From NCBI GenBank assembly GCA_965215335.1, contig CBDCDA010000001.1, positions 1,152,001 to 1,216,000 of the forward strand: DNA of 64,000 nucleotides, given 5' to 3'. The DNA comes from an uncultured Candidatus Entotheonella sp. (lineage in GTDB: Bacteria; Tectomicrobia; Entotheonellia; Entotheonellales; Entotheonellaceae). Under the pieces are notes generated by a model. The model made no database searches, was not told the DNA's origin, and saw only the letters and a program-made list of their open reading frames with translations. A program made the position numbers and the translations under genes. Positions 49,161 through 59,358 of the stretch are shown piece by piece. Each line of letters opens with the position of its first letter. The stretch's first letter is position 1.

Positions 49161-50802
49161 GGCGGCCTTCGCATCCGGACTTGGCCGCACACGATCCCGG
49201 ACCATGAAACCGGCACGCCGGCGCATTGGGCAGACCGTCAAGCGGACAACGACCCGAACCGCGCATTTTTTTCAGGACGTCACGCGGTTTGCAGACAGGC
49301 ATTACGTCATCGCCAAGGGCAGCGAGCTTTTTTACAAATCCGTCAAACGGCGCATCGGTCAGTTCATGTTTTTTGCCACCACCTTCTTTATCGGGGGCAG
49401 GGCGATCGCCGGCCAGGAGGTACACCTCAGCCAGGTGGGGGCGTTGGCGGCCGTTGCCGGGCTGGTCGCCTATGGTTTCCAGTGGTGGGCCAACAAGGTG
49501 CTCCAGAGGAACGTCGAGTATGCGCAATCACATGGCGCCAATCTGCTCAAGGATCGGAAAAAATCACACTTCATCGAGCACTTGGGCGCTTTATGGGAAA
49601 CCGTGTATGCCCCGGAGGCCGCCGTCCTGTTCTCGGGGGCGTATCGGCAGCGGGCCGCTGCCGAGATTGCTCGCATCAAACAAGCGATTCGCGAAAAACA
49701 CCGGCAGCAGAACCAGCCGGATCAGGACGCCGGTGATAGCGAGGAAGTCGTCCGTTTCGAGCTTGGCCACGTCCTGAGCAACAGCGGGGAGAGTTATGCC
49801 TTGCTCGACAAGGAGGGCTTCTGTGCGGCGGTGGAATATGAACTCAGAACCTTCCACCCGCAGAACGTCCAGCGCAAGCGACTCGGGTTCAGCATTGCTC
49901 AGTTAGAGGACCTTCTCGACGGCGCCACGCTTACCCGCAACGACACGAAACTTCTTGAACAACGGGCGCATTTTTCCATCCAGGAAATTGCCGCCTGTGC
50001 CGCCAGCCGACTCCCGCTCCGGCGCCATGTCGCGCAGCAGATTCATCAGGCCTGGTCACGCTACTGTCAGACATTCTGGCAGTACAACATCGCCTTGTCG
50101 GTAGAAGCCAGCGTCGGGAGTTTGCTCTACAGACTCCATAACAAATACCAGACGGGGCTGATTGACGCCCAGGACATCATCTGGCAGGAGAAGGAGGCGT
50201 TAGGTTATGTCGAGCACCGGTTGCTTGACACGGCACCCGCAATCATTGACGAGATCAAATGCGGGACGAAACGGATCATTCGCAAGATCTTTTCACAGCA
50301 TGAGGAAAATGCGCGGCGTCTGGTCATACGCATGTACGGATACAACATACGGCATGGTATCCATTTGCTCATGTCATACGACGGCCACTATGCAACCAAC
50401 AGGTTGAATCGCAGTCCTCTGGATGACATGGGTATCATTACGACGAATCACAAGGAACTCGAAAGAGTTTCCGCAGCCATGGACATGGCTGCAAGGCATA
50501 TGGCACATTTCCATGAATTCGCCAATCGGCATCGCGATATTCTGCATCCTTATGACAAGGAAGAAAGGAGGGCCATCGAAACGTCGTATTACATCAATTA
50601 CAAGGGTCTGAGACAGAAAATTGCCTCCATGACGACATTCCGCAAACAGGCCAGTGATGAAATATCAGGACTGTTCGAAGAAATTGCGGACCGCAAATCC
50701 GTCTTCACGCATCGCTTGAGAACGTTGCGACTGCACAAGGAATTGGCAATCCTGGAATTCAAGGACGTTGTGCAACATATTCAATACCTGGGCGATCTCT
50801 AG
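49141..50802 (+). CDS. hypothetical protein with N-terminal membrane hairpin
   Basis: 553-aa ORF overlapping the upstream gene by 20 bp. Basic N-terminus, two hydrophobic segments, helical remainder. No family recognised. Confidence 0.75.
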   Translation: MSRKGGKAAFASGLGRTRSRTMKPARRRIGQTVKRTTTRTAHFFQDVTRFADRHYVIAKGSELFYKSVKRRIGQFMFFATTFFIGGRAIAGQEVHLSQVGALAAVAGLVAYGFQWWANKVLQRNVEYAQSHGANLLKDRKKSHFIEHLGALWETVYAPEAAVLFSGAYRQRAAAEIARIKQAIREKHRQQNQPDQDAGDSEEVVRFELGHVLSNSGESYALLDKEGFCAAVEYELRTFHPQNVQRKRLGFSIAQLEDLLDGATLTRNDTKLLEQRAHFSIQEIAACAASRLPLRRHVAQQIHQAWSRYCQTFWQYNIALSVEASVGSLLYRLHNKYQTGLIDAQDIIWQEKEALGYVEHRLLDTAPAIIDEIKCGTKRIIRKIFSQHEENARRLVIRMYGYNIRHGIHLLMSYDGHYATNRLNRSPLDDMGIITTNHKELERVSAAMDMAARHMAHFHEFANRHRDILHPYDKEERRAIETSYYINYKGLRQKIASMTTFRKQASDEISGLFEEIADRKSVFTHRLRTLRLHKELAILEFKDVVQHIQYLGDL

Positions 50803-50860
50803 GGCAATTTCGGCTCGCAATGGCTTGCTCGTTCGTCACCCTCTCCAGCACGCCCCCTTG
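50801..50860 (-). repeat. inverted degenerate copy of the repeat at about 573-633
   Basis: AGGGCAATTTCGGCTCGCAATGGCTTGCTCGTTCGTCACCCTCTCCA matches the reverse complement of 587-633 with about 5 mismatches. Confidence 0.8.
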
Positions 50861-50982
50861 ACGTTCAATGCCACTTTCCGGTTGACTCCGAATGGTGCCG
50901 CAGGCAGGATGACGGCCTTCTTCGAGAGTCCGTCCCATTCAATGCCAACGACAACGCGTTTCGCGAGTCAGGAGTCCGTTTT

Positions 50983-51951
50983 ATGAAAGCTGTACGTGTC
51001 CACGAGTTTGGCGGCCCCGAGGCGATGAGCTACGAGGAGGTTCCGACCCCGTCGCCCGGCGCGGGCCAGGTGCTGGTGAAACTGGCGGCCAGCGGCCTGA
51101 ATTACATCGACGTGTACCAGCGCACCGGCCTGTATCCCAATGCCCTGCCCTACACCCTCGGCCTGGAAGGCTCCGGCACCGTGGCCGGCGTGGGAGCCGG
51201 GGTTGCGATGTTCAGGGAAGGCGATCCCGTCACCTGGACCGGCGTGCCCGGCGCCTACGCCGAGTATGCCGTGGTGCCCGAGCAGCGCCTGGTACGCATG
51301 CCCGACGGGCTGGACGTCAAAGTGGGTGCGGCAGCCATGCTGCAGGGAATGACAGCACACTATCTGGTCAAGACGACCTACCCGCTCAAGGCCGGCGACG
51401 CCTGTCTCGTGCATGCCGCGGCCGGCGGCGTCGGTCTGTTGCTGGTGCAGATGGCCAGGCAGTGCGGGGCACGGGTCTTCGGCACCGTCTCGACCGAAGA
51501 AAAGGCCGCCTTGGCGCGCGCCGCCGGCGCCGACGACGTGATTCTGTACACCGAACAGGATTTCGAGGCCGAGGTGAAGCGCCTGACCGCCGGCAAGGGC
51601 GTACGGGTGGTGTACGACTCGGTGGGCAAAACAACGTTCGACAAAAGCCTGAACTGCCTGGCACCGCTGGGATACATGGTTCTTTACGGCGCTTCCAGCG
51701 GCCCGGTGCCGCCGTTCGACGCCTCTGCCCTCAACGCCAAGGGATCGTTGTTCCTCACTCGCCCCAGCCTGTTCCACTACATCGCCGACCGTGCCAGCCT
51801 CGAGAAGCGCGCCGGCGACGTCCTCGACTGGGTTGCCGACGGCAGCCTCGAGCTGCGCATGGAGCACACGTTCGCCTTGTCCGACGCGGCGGCAGCGCAT
51901 CGCAGCCTGGAAGGACGCAAGACGACCGGCAAAGTGTTGCTGATTCCCTGA
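50983..51951 (+). CDS. qor: NADPH:quinone oxidoreductase (zeta-crystallin family)
   Basis: GLNYIDVYQRTGLY, LQGMTAHYL, HAAAGGVG, YDSVGK, GSLFLTRPSL, RKTTGK. Confidence 0.92.
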   Translation: MKAVRVHEFGGPEAMSYEEVPTPSPGAGQVLVKLAASGLNYIDVYQRTGLYPNALPYTLGLEGSGTVAGVGAGVAMFREGDPVTWTGVPGAYAEYAVVPEQRLVRMPDGLDVKVGAAAMLQGMTAHYLVKTTYPLKAGDACLVHAAAGGVGLLLVQMARQCGARVFGTVSTEEKAALARAAGADDVILYTEQDFEAEVKRLTAGKGVRVVYDSVGKTTFDKSLNCLAPLGYMVLYGASSGPVPPFDASALNAKGSLFLTRPSLFHYIADRASLEKRAGDVLDWVADGSLELRMEHTFALSDAAAAHRSLEGRKTTGKVLLIP

Positions 51952-51953
51952 CC

Positions 51954-53471
51954 TCAGGCTTCCTGCCCCCAGCGCGACTTCACGGCCTCGCGGTCAACCT
52001 CGTGGGTGCCTGCCCTTGGCAGGGTATCGGTAAGCACGACCCACTTCGGTTTCTTGTAGCGGGCGATTCTGCCGGCCACGTGATCGATGACCTGCTCGGC
52101 GCTCAGGTCTCCGTCGCCGCTCTCGACGACGGCCTTGATGGCCTCGCCCCACTGGGCATCGGGCACGCCGAAGACACACACGGCGCTCACGCCCGGCATC
52201 TCCATGATGACCGTCTCGACCTCGGCGGGATAGACGTTCTCCCCACCCGGCTTGATCAATTCCTTTTCCGGCCTGCGGCCTACGTAGTGCAGGAAACCGT
52301 CCTCGTCGAAGCGGCCTACGTCGCCGGTGTGATGCCAGCCGCCGCGGAAGGTGTAGGCGGTCTCCTGCGGCTGAGCGTAGTAGCCCTGGAAGACCACGGG
52401 CCCGCGCGTCAGGATTTCGCCCGGTGCGCCGACGGGAACCTCGCGGTCGTAGTCGTCAACGAGCCGCACACGGCACAGCGGCGCCACTCTGCCCGCCGCG
52501 CCCGGCCGTTCGACAGCGCGTTGCAGGGTGACGAAACCGCTGGTTTCGGTTTGCCCATAGCCGGTCCAGAACTGCGCCTGGGTGTTGGCGTGCAGGCGTC
52601 CGATAGCCTCTGGTCCTTCGAGGCCGGCAACGTGCTTCAGACTGGGCAGGCGGCTGCCGACCGCCGCGGCGGCATCCAGAATGGAACCGAGGACGGGGGG
52701 AAAACTGGTCAGGTAGGTGACGTTGTGCGCGTCGATGAGTTGCACGGCTCGGGCGGCATCGAAACGGGCCGTCAGCACGCTGGCGCCGCCGGCGTGCAGG
52801 GTGGCAAACGCGGCGCCCAAGGCGGCGACGTGAAACAGCGGCAGGGCCAGGAGGTTGCAGTCGGATTCGGTCAGGCCCATGCCGGCCATGGTCTGCAGGT
52901 TGGCGGCCAGCAGGTTGTTGTGGGTCAGCACGGCACCGCGCGGGACCACGTCCACCGCGGCGGTGGAAATCACCGCCAACGGGTCGTCGCCCGTGGCCAT
53001 GTCGGGTGCACCGGTGGAGCCGGCATCGGCGTACAGGGTGTCGAAGGCGGCGAATGGACCGGAGGGCGTCGGGCCGAACGTATACCAGTGAACAAGGTCG
53101 GTGGTCGTCGGCCAATCCGCCACCGCCGGCTGCGTGGCGGCATCGACGACCATCATGCTCGGCTCGGCCCGCTCGACGATGCGGCGGATCTCTTCGGGTG
53201 TCAGGCGCCAGTTGACCGGATAGGCCAGGATGCCCAGCTTGGCGCAGGCGCCGTAGAGGTCCAGGTAGCCGGGGTGGTTCCGCGCCAGGATGCAAAGGCG
53301 CTCGCCTTTGCGGATCGGCAATGCCGACAAGCCGGCTGCCAGGGTATCGACGCGGCCAAGAAACTCGCGGAAGCTGACCTGACCCTGCTCGTGAATGACC
53401 GCCGGCCGGCCGCCGAATTGTGCGGCGTTGCGCAGCAGCAGGTCGTACAGCGTGAACGTGTGCACCGACAC
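51954..53471 (-). CDS. AMP-binding (acyl-CoA synthetase-like) protein with degenerate motifs
   Basis: LPLFHV, GYGQTE, WHHTGD, IKPGGENVYPAEVE, WGEAIKA. Confidence 0.88.
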   Translation of the reverse strand: MSVHTFTLYDLLLRNAAQFGGRPAVIHEQGQVSFREFLGRVDTLAAGLSALPIRKGERLCILARNHPGYLDLYGACAKLGILAYPVNWRLTPEEIRRIVERAEPSMMVVDAATQPAVADWPTTTDLVHWYTFGPTPSGPFAAFDTLYADAGSTGAPDMATGDDPLAVISTAAVDVVPRGAVLTHNNLLAANLQTMAGMGLTESDCNLLALPLFHVAALGAAFATLHAGGASVLTARFDAARAVQLIDAHNVTYLTSFPPVLGSILDAAAAVGSRLPSLKHVAGLEGPEAIGRLHANTQAQFWTGYGQTETSGFVTLQRAVERPGAAGRVAPLCRVRLVDDYDREVPVGAPGEILTRGPVVFQGYYAQPQETAYTFRGGWHHTGDVGRFDEDGFLHYVGRRPEKELIKPGGENVYPAEVETVIMEMPGVSAVCVFGVPDAQWGEAIKAVVESGDGDLSAEQVIDHVAGRIARYKKPKWVVLTDTLPRAGTHEVDREAVKSRWGQEA

Positions 53472-53498
53472 GGGGTTCTCCTTCCTTGCGTGGGGAAC

Positions 53499-54176
53499 TT
53501 ATGCGGCAATCGGCGTGGCGACGAAAACGCGGAAATTGGCGCGCAGCGACGCCGTCCGACGGATGGCGAAGCCCGCTTCGGCCAGCAGCCATCGCCAATC
53601 CTCGGTGGTGTACTTGTTGTGCACCGGAAAGAGACGGAACCAGCGCCGCAGGCTGGCCTGCCGCTCCTCGCCCGCCCCCTCGACGCGCGCGTCGAGATAC
53701 TCGGTCAGCGGCGCGCGCACCCAATCGTTCAGGAAGAAAATGCCGTCCGGGGCGAGCAGCCGGCGGATTTCTGCCAGCACCGGCAGCGGCTCGTCGAGCA
53801 GGTGCAGGATGGCCGTCATGTTGAGCAGGTGCACCGCGCCGTCGGCCAGCGGGACGGGCCGCGCGGTCAGGTCGTGTACCGCGAGGGTCGGTTTCGAGCC
53901 CGCGTAGGTGACCTCTTCCCGCGCATGCGTGATCATGGCCGGCGTGAGGTCGTATCCGTGCAACGCGGCGTCGGTAAAGCGCTGGCCGAGGTCGCGCAAA
54001 AACAGTCCCGGGCCGCAGCCGAGGTCCGCAATGGCGGGTCGGGCCGGCAGTCGTGGACCCACGTGCTGGTCGAAGAAATTCCAGAATGCCTCGTCGTGGC
54101 GCTCCGCGTGGCTGTTGACCATGCGCTCGACGAGTTCCGCGTCCGACATGCCGCTGATGCTTTGATGGGTTGCCAT
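53499..54176 (-). CDS. class I SAM-dependent methyltransferase
   Basis: ADLGCGPG, GYDLTPAM, EIRRLLAPDG. Confidence 0.88.
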   Translation of the reverse strand: MATHQSISGMSDAELVERMVNSHAERHDEAFWNFFDQHVGPRLPARPAIADLGCGPGLFLRDLGQRFTDAALHGYDLTPAMITHAREEVTYAGSKPTLAVHDLTARPVPLADGAVHLLNMTAILHLLDEPLPVLAEIRRLLAPDGIFFLNDWVRAPLTEYLDARVEGAGEERQASLRRWFRLFPVHNKYTTEDWRWLLAEAGFAIRRTASLRANFRVFVATPIAA

Positions 54177-54301
54177 GATCTCCTCGGGGGTTCCCTTCCT
54201 TTGGGGGTCTGCTGCTCTATAATGGCGCGGCTACTATACATCAGGCAAATGACCGACAACAGGGTCGGCGCCGCTTGGCGGCGCCCAGGCGAGGCCGGCA
54301 C

Positions 54302-55333
54302 ATGACACCCTTCCAGCTCGAATCACCCCTCGACATGCATTTGCATCTGCGCGAGGGCGACTTGTTGCATCTCGTGGCGCCGGCGAGCGCCCGCTTCTTT
54401 GCCGGCGCGGTGATCATGCCCAACCTGGTGCCGCCGGTCGATAACCCGGCGCGCCTGGACGACTACCGCGCCGCCATCGACGCTGCCATTGGCGGGGCGG
54501 TATTCGCGCCCTACATGACGTTGTTCTTCCGTCCCTATACCGCGGCCGAGCTTGAGGCCGTACGCACGCGCATCATCGGTATCAAGCTCTATCCGGCCGG
54601 CGTCACCACCAACAGCGAGGCCGGTGTGCGGATCTTGCAAGAGACGGAACCGACGTTGGCCGCGATGCAGGAACTCGACATTCCCCTGCTGGTGCACGGC
54701 GAGAGCACGGGGTTCGTCATGGACCGTGAGGCGGAGTTCATGCCGGTGTACGAGCATCTGGCGCAGACCTTCCCGCGCCTGCGCATCGTAATGGAACATA
54801 TCACCACGCGGCAGGCCGTGGCGTTGCTCGACCGCCATGCCAACGTCTTCGCCACCGTCACGCTGCACCATCTCCTGCTGACGCTTGACGACGTGGTGGG
54901 CGGCCTGTTGGCGCCCCACTTGTTCTGCAAACCCATCGCCAAACGCCCGGCGGACCGCGACGCCTTGCTCGCCGCCGCCCTCGCAGCCCACCCCAAGCTG
55001 ATGTTCGGGAGCGACTCGGCGCCCCATCCGCTCCACAGCAAGGAATGCGCCGGCTGCGCCGCCGGGGTGTTCACGGCGCCGGTCGCGCTGCCGATGCTGG
55101 TGGAACTCTTCGACGAGCACGACGCCCTGGATAACCTGCAAGCGTTCGTTTCCGGCAACGCCCGGCGCATCTATCGCCTCACGCCCCCGCCCAAGACGGT
55201 TGCCTTCGTCAAGAAAGCGACCGTCGTCCCGTCCCGGTATGGCCCGGTCGTGCCGTTTGGCGCCGGCAAGTCCCTGGCATGGCGACTGCTTGAAACTCGT
55301 CAAACAGCCCGTTTGACACCCCCTCGGCGTTAG
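54302..55333 (+). CDS. pyrC: dihydroorotase (homodimeric type)
   Basis: [51 protein letters not shown] at 54218. Confidence 0.95.
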   Translation: MTPFQLESPLDMHLHLREGDLLHLVAPASARFFAGAVIMPNLVPPVDNPARLDDYRAAIDAAIGGAVFAPYMTLFFRPYTAAELEAVRTRIIGIKLYPAGVTTNSEAGVRILQETEPTLAAMQELDIPLLVHGESTGFVMDREAEFMPVYEHLAQTFPRLRIVMEHITTRQAVALLDRHANVFATVTLHHLLLTLDDVVGGLLAPHLFCKPIAKRPADRDALLAAALAAHPKLMFGSDSAPHPLHSKECAGCAAGVFTAPVALPMLVELFDEHDALDNLQAFVSGNARRIYRLTPPPKTVAFVKKATVVPSRYGPVVPFGAGKSLAWRLLETRQTARLTPPRR

Positions 55334-55450
55334 TGGTATACAAGGATACTTTGTGACGAGTCGCCTTGCCCTGTCACGCTGTCATCGGAGTATGAAGGTT
55401 CTCGACACCAGGCTCCCCGCTGCAGCCGCAAAAACGGTACCGATTTCTCC

Positions 55451-56341
55451 ATGATCTCGTCGGAACTCTACCACCAGGTACGCCGCCTGCACATCCGCAC
55501 GAACCGGTTGGTCAACGAAACGTTTGGGGGCGAATACCTGAGCGCCTTCAAAGGCCACGGCATGGAGTTCGCCGAGGTGCGCGAATATGCGCCCGGCGAC
55601 GACGTGCGCAGCATCGACTGGAACGTCACCGCGCGTCGGGGCCACCCGTACATCAAGCGTTATGTGGAGGAGCGGGAGTTGACCGTGATGCTGCTGGTCG
55701 ACCTCAGCGCCTCCGGGCAGTTCGGCAGCGTCAGCCGGCTGAAGACGGACATCGGCACGGAACTGTGCGCGGTGTTGGCGCTGAGCGCCATCAGCAACAA
55801 CGACCGCGTCGGGCTGCTGCTGTTCACCGACAAGATCGAAAAGTTCGTGCCGCCGCAGAAGGGTAAGCGCCACGGCATGCGGATCATGCGGGACCTGCTG
55901 TATTTCCAGCCGCAGCAGCGGCGCACGGACGTGGGCCTGGCGCTGGACTTTCTGCATCACATCAGCCGGCGGCGCACGGTCAGCTTCCTGGTTTCCGACT
56001 TCATGACCTCGGGGTACGACATGCCCCTGCGCGTCGCGCATCGGCGCCACGACATGATCCCGGTCAGCATTGCCGACCGGCGCGAGGCCAGCCTGCCGCG
56101 GCTCGGCCTGGTCGTCCTGCAGGACCTCGAGACCGGTGAGCACATCCTGGTGGACACGGCAAGCGATGCGGTACGCGAAAACTATCGCCGCCGCCGGGAA
56201 GCCGCGGTCGAACAGCGCCAGCACTTGTTCAAGTCGCTGCGCATCGATTCCATCGAGGTGAATACGGCGGAGCCGTACCTTCGTCCCTTGCTGCGGTTCT
56301 TCCGGCAGCGGGAACGGCGCGGCGCGAGAGCCTGGGCGTAA
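55451..56341 (+). CDS. DUF58 family protein (MoxR-associated)
   Basis: GMEFAEVREY.PGDDVRSIDWNVTAR, EERE, DLSAS, SDF. Confidence 0.93.
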   Translation: MISSELYHQVRRLHIRTNRLVNETFGGEYLSAFKGHGMEFAEVREYAPGDDVRSIDWNVTARRGHPYIKRYVEERELTVMLLVDLSASGQFGSVSRLKTDIGTELCAVLALSAISNNDRVGLLLFTDKIEKFVPPQKGKRHGMRIMRDLLYFQPQQRRTDVGLALDFLHHISRRRTVSFLVSDFMTSGYDMPLRVAHRRHDMIPVSIADRREASLPRLGLVVLQDLETGEHILVDTASDAVRENYRRRREAAVEQRQHLFKSLRIDSIEVNTAEPYLRPLLRFFRQRERRGARAWA

Positions 56342-56397
56342 AACACGCTCCGCAAAGCCTCCGCAGTCCCCTGCCCCGCAATTGGAGCATTCTCGAC

Positions 56398-57426
56398 ATG
56401 TATTTTGCCGCCGCCCCATACACCTACTTGTTGGTTGTGGTCCCCGTCGTTCTGGCGTTGTACGTCTACGCCTTCGTCCGCAAGCGCCAGGCTCTGACGG
56501 CCTTCATGGACGTGTCGTTGATCGCGCGTCTGCTGCCCGGGTACAACCGCAGACGGCAATGGGCCAAGGCGCTGTGCACGGTTGGCGCCGTGGCTGCCCT
56601 GGTGCTGGCTCTGATGCAGCCGCAGTGGGGGATTGATTGGCAGGACATCCCGCGGCGCGGCCGCGACCTGATCATCCTGCTGGATGTCTCGGTCAGCATG
56701 AAAGCCCAGGACGTGCGGCCCAACCGCCTCGAACAGGCCAAGCAGGCGGTCCGGAAACTGGTGGAATTCCTGCAGAAAACGGGCGGGCACCGGCTCGGCC
56801 TGGTGGCGTTCGCCGGCAGGGCGAGCCTGCAATCCCCGATGACCCTGGACTATCCCTTCTATCTCAAACGCCTGGAACAGGCAGGGCCTGAAACCGTCAC
56901 GCGGGAGGGCACGTCGATCGGCGCCGCCATCCGGCAGGTCCTTGAAGGCTTCAGCAGGATCGAATACGAGTATACCGACCTCATCATTCTGACCGACGGC
57001 GAAGACCACGACGGCTTCCCCCTGGAAGCCGCCCGCCTGGCTGCAGCCAAGAAAATGAACCTCTACACGGTCGGCATCGGCGACGCCAGCCAGGGTGCCT
57101 TGGTGCCGATCAAGTGGACGGAGGAGGGTCTGCCCTTCTTTGCCAAATACAAGGGGCAGGCGGTACGTTCGCAGATGAACCAGAGCCTGCTGCTGGAAAT
57201 GGCACGGCTGACGGACGGCTCCTATCTGGCGGGCGGAACCCGCGAGGTGCATCTCGATCGGCTGTACCGCGACGAGATTGCCGGCAAACCCCGCCGCAAT
57301 ATCGAGATTTCCGAACGCGAACATCTCATCCACCGCTATCACTGGTTTGTGTTGGCAGCCGTGCTGCTGCTCGCTGCCGACATGCTGCTGCGCGAACGAA
57401 AAGTCCCTGTGGAGGGACGAACATGA
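56398..57426 (+). CDS. VWA domain membrane protein (BatB-like)
   Basis: PQWG, DVSVSM MIDAS, PNRLEQAK, PMTLD, LTDGEDH. Confidence 0.9.
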   Translation: MYFAAAPYTYLLVVVPVVLALYVYAFVRKRQALTAFMDVSLIARLLPGYNRRRQWAKALCTVGAVAALVLALMQPQWGIDWQDIPRRGRDLIILLDVSVSMKAQDVRPNRLEQAKQAVRKLVEFLQKTGGHRLGLVAFAGRASLQSPMTLDYPFYLKRLEQAGPETVTREGTSIGAAIRQVLEGFSRIEYEYTDLIILTDGEDHDGFPLEAARLAAAKKMNLYTVGIGDASQGALVPIKWTEEGLPFFAKYKGQAVRSQMNQSLLLEMARLTDGSYLAGGTREVHLDRLYRDEIAGKPRRNIEISEREHLIHRYHWFVLAAVLLLAADMLLRERKVPVEGRT

Positions 57427-57443
57427 GAGACGGGAAGGGATGC

Positions 57444-58265
57444 ATGACGGGCAAAAACGTGCTGCTGGCATTGGCGGTTCTGGTACTGATGATGCCGCTC
57501 CATGGGCAGGCCGAGTCGCCTTATAAGACCGTGCAACGAGGCAACGAACTTTACGAGGCCGGCGAGTACGACGCCGCAGGGCTGCACTATGCCAGTGCCA
57601 GTGAGGACTTTCCCGAGGCTGCCGAGATTTACTTCAACCAGGGCAACGTGCTGTACAAGCAACGCAAATTCCTCCAGGCCCTGGCGCATTACACGAACGC
57701 TTTGCAGTCGGTCGAGGGCGTTCTGGAAAGCCGCGTCAAATACAACCTCGGCAACGTCGAGTACCGCCGTGCTCTGATTGCCATGAGCACGCCGCAGGAC
57801 TCCATGCTGCTGCTGCGCTCGGCTATTACGTACTACCGCGACAGCCTGGCGGCTGATCCGCAACAGCAGAACGCCCGCTACAATCTCGAGCTGGCGCATC
57901 GCCTGATGCGCCAGCTCTATGAGCAACTGCAGGAGGACCGGCGGGATAGCGCAGACGACGGCCGTAATTCAAATCGCAAGTCGGAAAGCGACCAGTCGAA
58001 GCAGCGGCAGTCCGAACAGAGAAACTCGCGGAAGAACAAGCAGGAGGATGAGGGTCAGGCCGGCAGCGAGGCATCGCAGAGCGTCATGGCCGACAGCGGC
58101 ATGGAAGAGTCGCCGGAAGACATGGAAATGCCCGAGGATATCAGTCTGGAAGAAGCCGAAATGAAACTGAACGAAATTCGCGACCGGGCGCGCAAGATCG
58201 CGGAAATGCGGCAGGAATGGAGGAAGGCTCGCATGCGCGACGGCAAGGTGGAAAAATTCTGGTAA
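57444..58265 (+). CDS. TPR protein (BatC-like)
   Basis: Signal peptide, GNELY, YFNQGN, YNLGN, ARYNLE, Q/E-rich linker, C-terminal KFW. Alternative start 57423. Confidence 0.85.
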   Translation: MTGKNVLLALAVLVLMMPLHGQAESPYKTVQRGNELYEAGEYDAAGLHYASASEDFPEAAEIYFNQGNVLYKQRKFLQALAHYTNALQSVEGVLESRVKYNLGNVEYRRALIAMSTPQDSMLLLRSAITYYRDSLAADPQQQNARYNLELAHRLMRQLYEQLQEDRRDSADDGRNSNRKSESDQSKQRQSEQRNSRKNKQEDEGQAGSEASQSVMADSGMEESPEDMEMPEDISLEEAEMKLNEIRDRARKIAEMRQEWRKARMRDGKVEKFW

Positions 58266-58324
58266 GTTCTGATCCTGTAGCACCCTCCTGCGGCCAGACA
58301 GAAGGTCCTTTCCGGGAGTTCATC

Positions 58325-59347
58325 ATGCGACTGGTCAATCCCCTGGCCCTGTTTCTCCTGATACTGGTGCCGCTGCTGCTTTACCTGCGATACCGACGCC
58401 AGCAACCGGCGGTCATTTCCTACCCGGCGATCCAGGGCTTGCGCCCGCTGCCGCGTTCCTTCGCGGTATGGCTGCACCGCGCCATGCCGGTGCTGCGCAC
58501 CCTGGCGATCGTCCTGTGCGTTGTGGCCCTGGCGCGGCCGCAGTGGGGATTCGAGACCACCGAAGTGCGGCGCCAGGGTATCGCCATCGACATGGTCGTG
58601 GATGCCTCTCGCAGCATGGCGGCGCAGGATTTGCAACTGGAAGGCGAGGAAAAGGACCGGCTGGAGGTGGTGAAAGAGGCCTTTCGACTGTTTGTGCGCG
58701 GCGAAGGCGACAACGCCGGCGGGCGTGAGGGCGACCTGATCGGCATGGTGACGTTCGCGCGCTACGCCGACGGGGTCAGTCCGCTGACGCTGGACCACGA
58801 CATGCTGTTGTCGCTGCTCGATCAGATCGAGATCGTCACCCTGCCGGAGGACAACGGCACCTCCATTGGCGAGGCGATCGCCTTGAGCGTGGAACGCCTG
58901 CGCCAGAGCAAAACGACGAGCAAGGTGATGATTCTGCTGACCGACGGCAGTAACAACGCGGGCCTTACGGAGCCTGTGGAAGCGGCTCAGATCGCCAAGG
59001 CACTGGGGATCAAGATCTACACCATCGGCACCGGCAGACGCGGCACCGCCCCCGTCGCCATGCGAACCCATGACGGTCGGCGAGTGGTCCGGCGCATGCA
59101 GGTGTCGATAGACGAACGAACGCTCCGGCAGATCGCCCACCTCACCGGCGGGCAGTATTTTCGGGCCACGGACAGCGAAGCATTGAAGGAAATCTATTCG
59201 GAGATCGACCGTCTGGAAAAGACCACCACGGTGGCGGAACACTACCAGCAATACATCGACTTCTTCCCCGTCTTCCTGCTGTCCGGCCTGTGCCTCGTGC
59301 TGCTGGAGGCCGTGCTCGTCAATACCCGTCTGCGAACCGTTCCATAA
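58325..59347 (+). CDS. VWA domain membrane protein (BatA-like)
   Basis: ALARPQ, DASRSM MIDAS, PLTLDH, GTSIGEA, LTDGSNNAG, TGGQYFRA, IDRLE. Confidence 0.9.
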   Translation: MRLVNPLALFLLILVPLLLYLRYRRQQPAVISYPAIQGLRPLPRSFAVWLHRAMPVLRTLAIVLCVVALARPQWGFETTEVRRQGIAIDMVVDASRSMAAQDLQLEGEEKDRLEVVKEAFRLFVRGEGDNAGGREGDLIGMVTFARYADGVSPLTLDHDMLLSLLDQIEIVTLPEDNGTSIGEAIALSVERLRQSKTTSKVMILLTDGSNNAGLTEPVEAAQIAKALGIKIYTIGTGRRGTAPVAMRTHDGRRVVRRMQVSIDERTLRQIAHLTGGQYFRATDSEALKEIYSEIDRLEKTTTVAEHYQQYIDFFPVFLLSGLCLVLLEAVLVNTRLRTVP

Positions 59348-59358
59348 ACGAGCCGGTG

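Noticed and set aside
51462..54305. 947-aa plus-strand ORF and similar long ORFs (e.g. 60201-62642, 38376-40667, 12974-14827, 328-1833)
   Set aside because: Antisense shadows of well-supported genes, expected in high-GC DNA; no motifs of their own.
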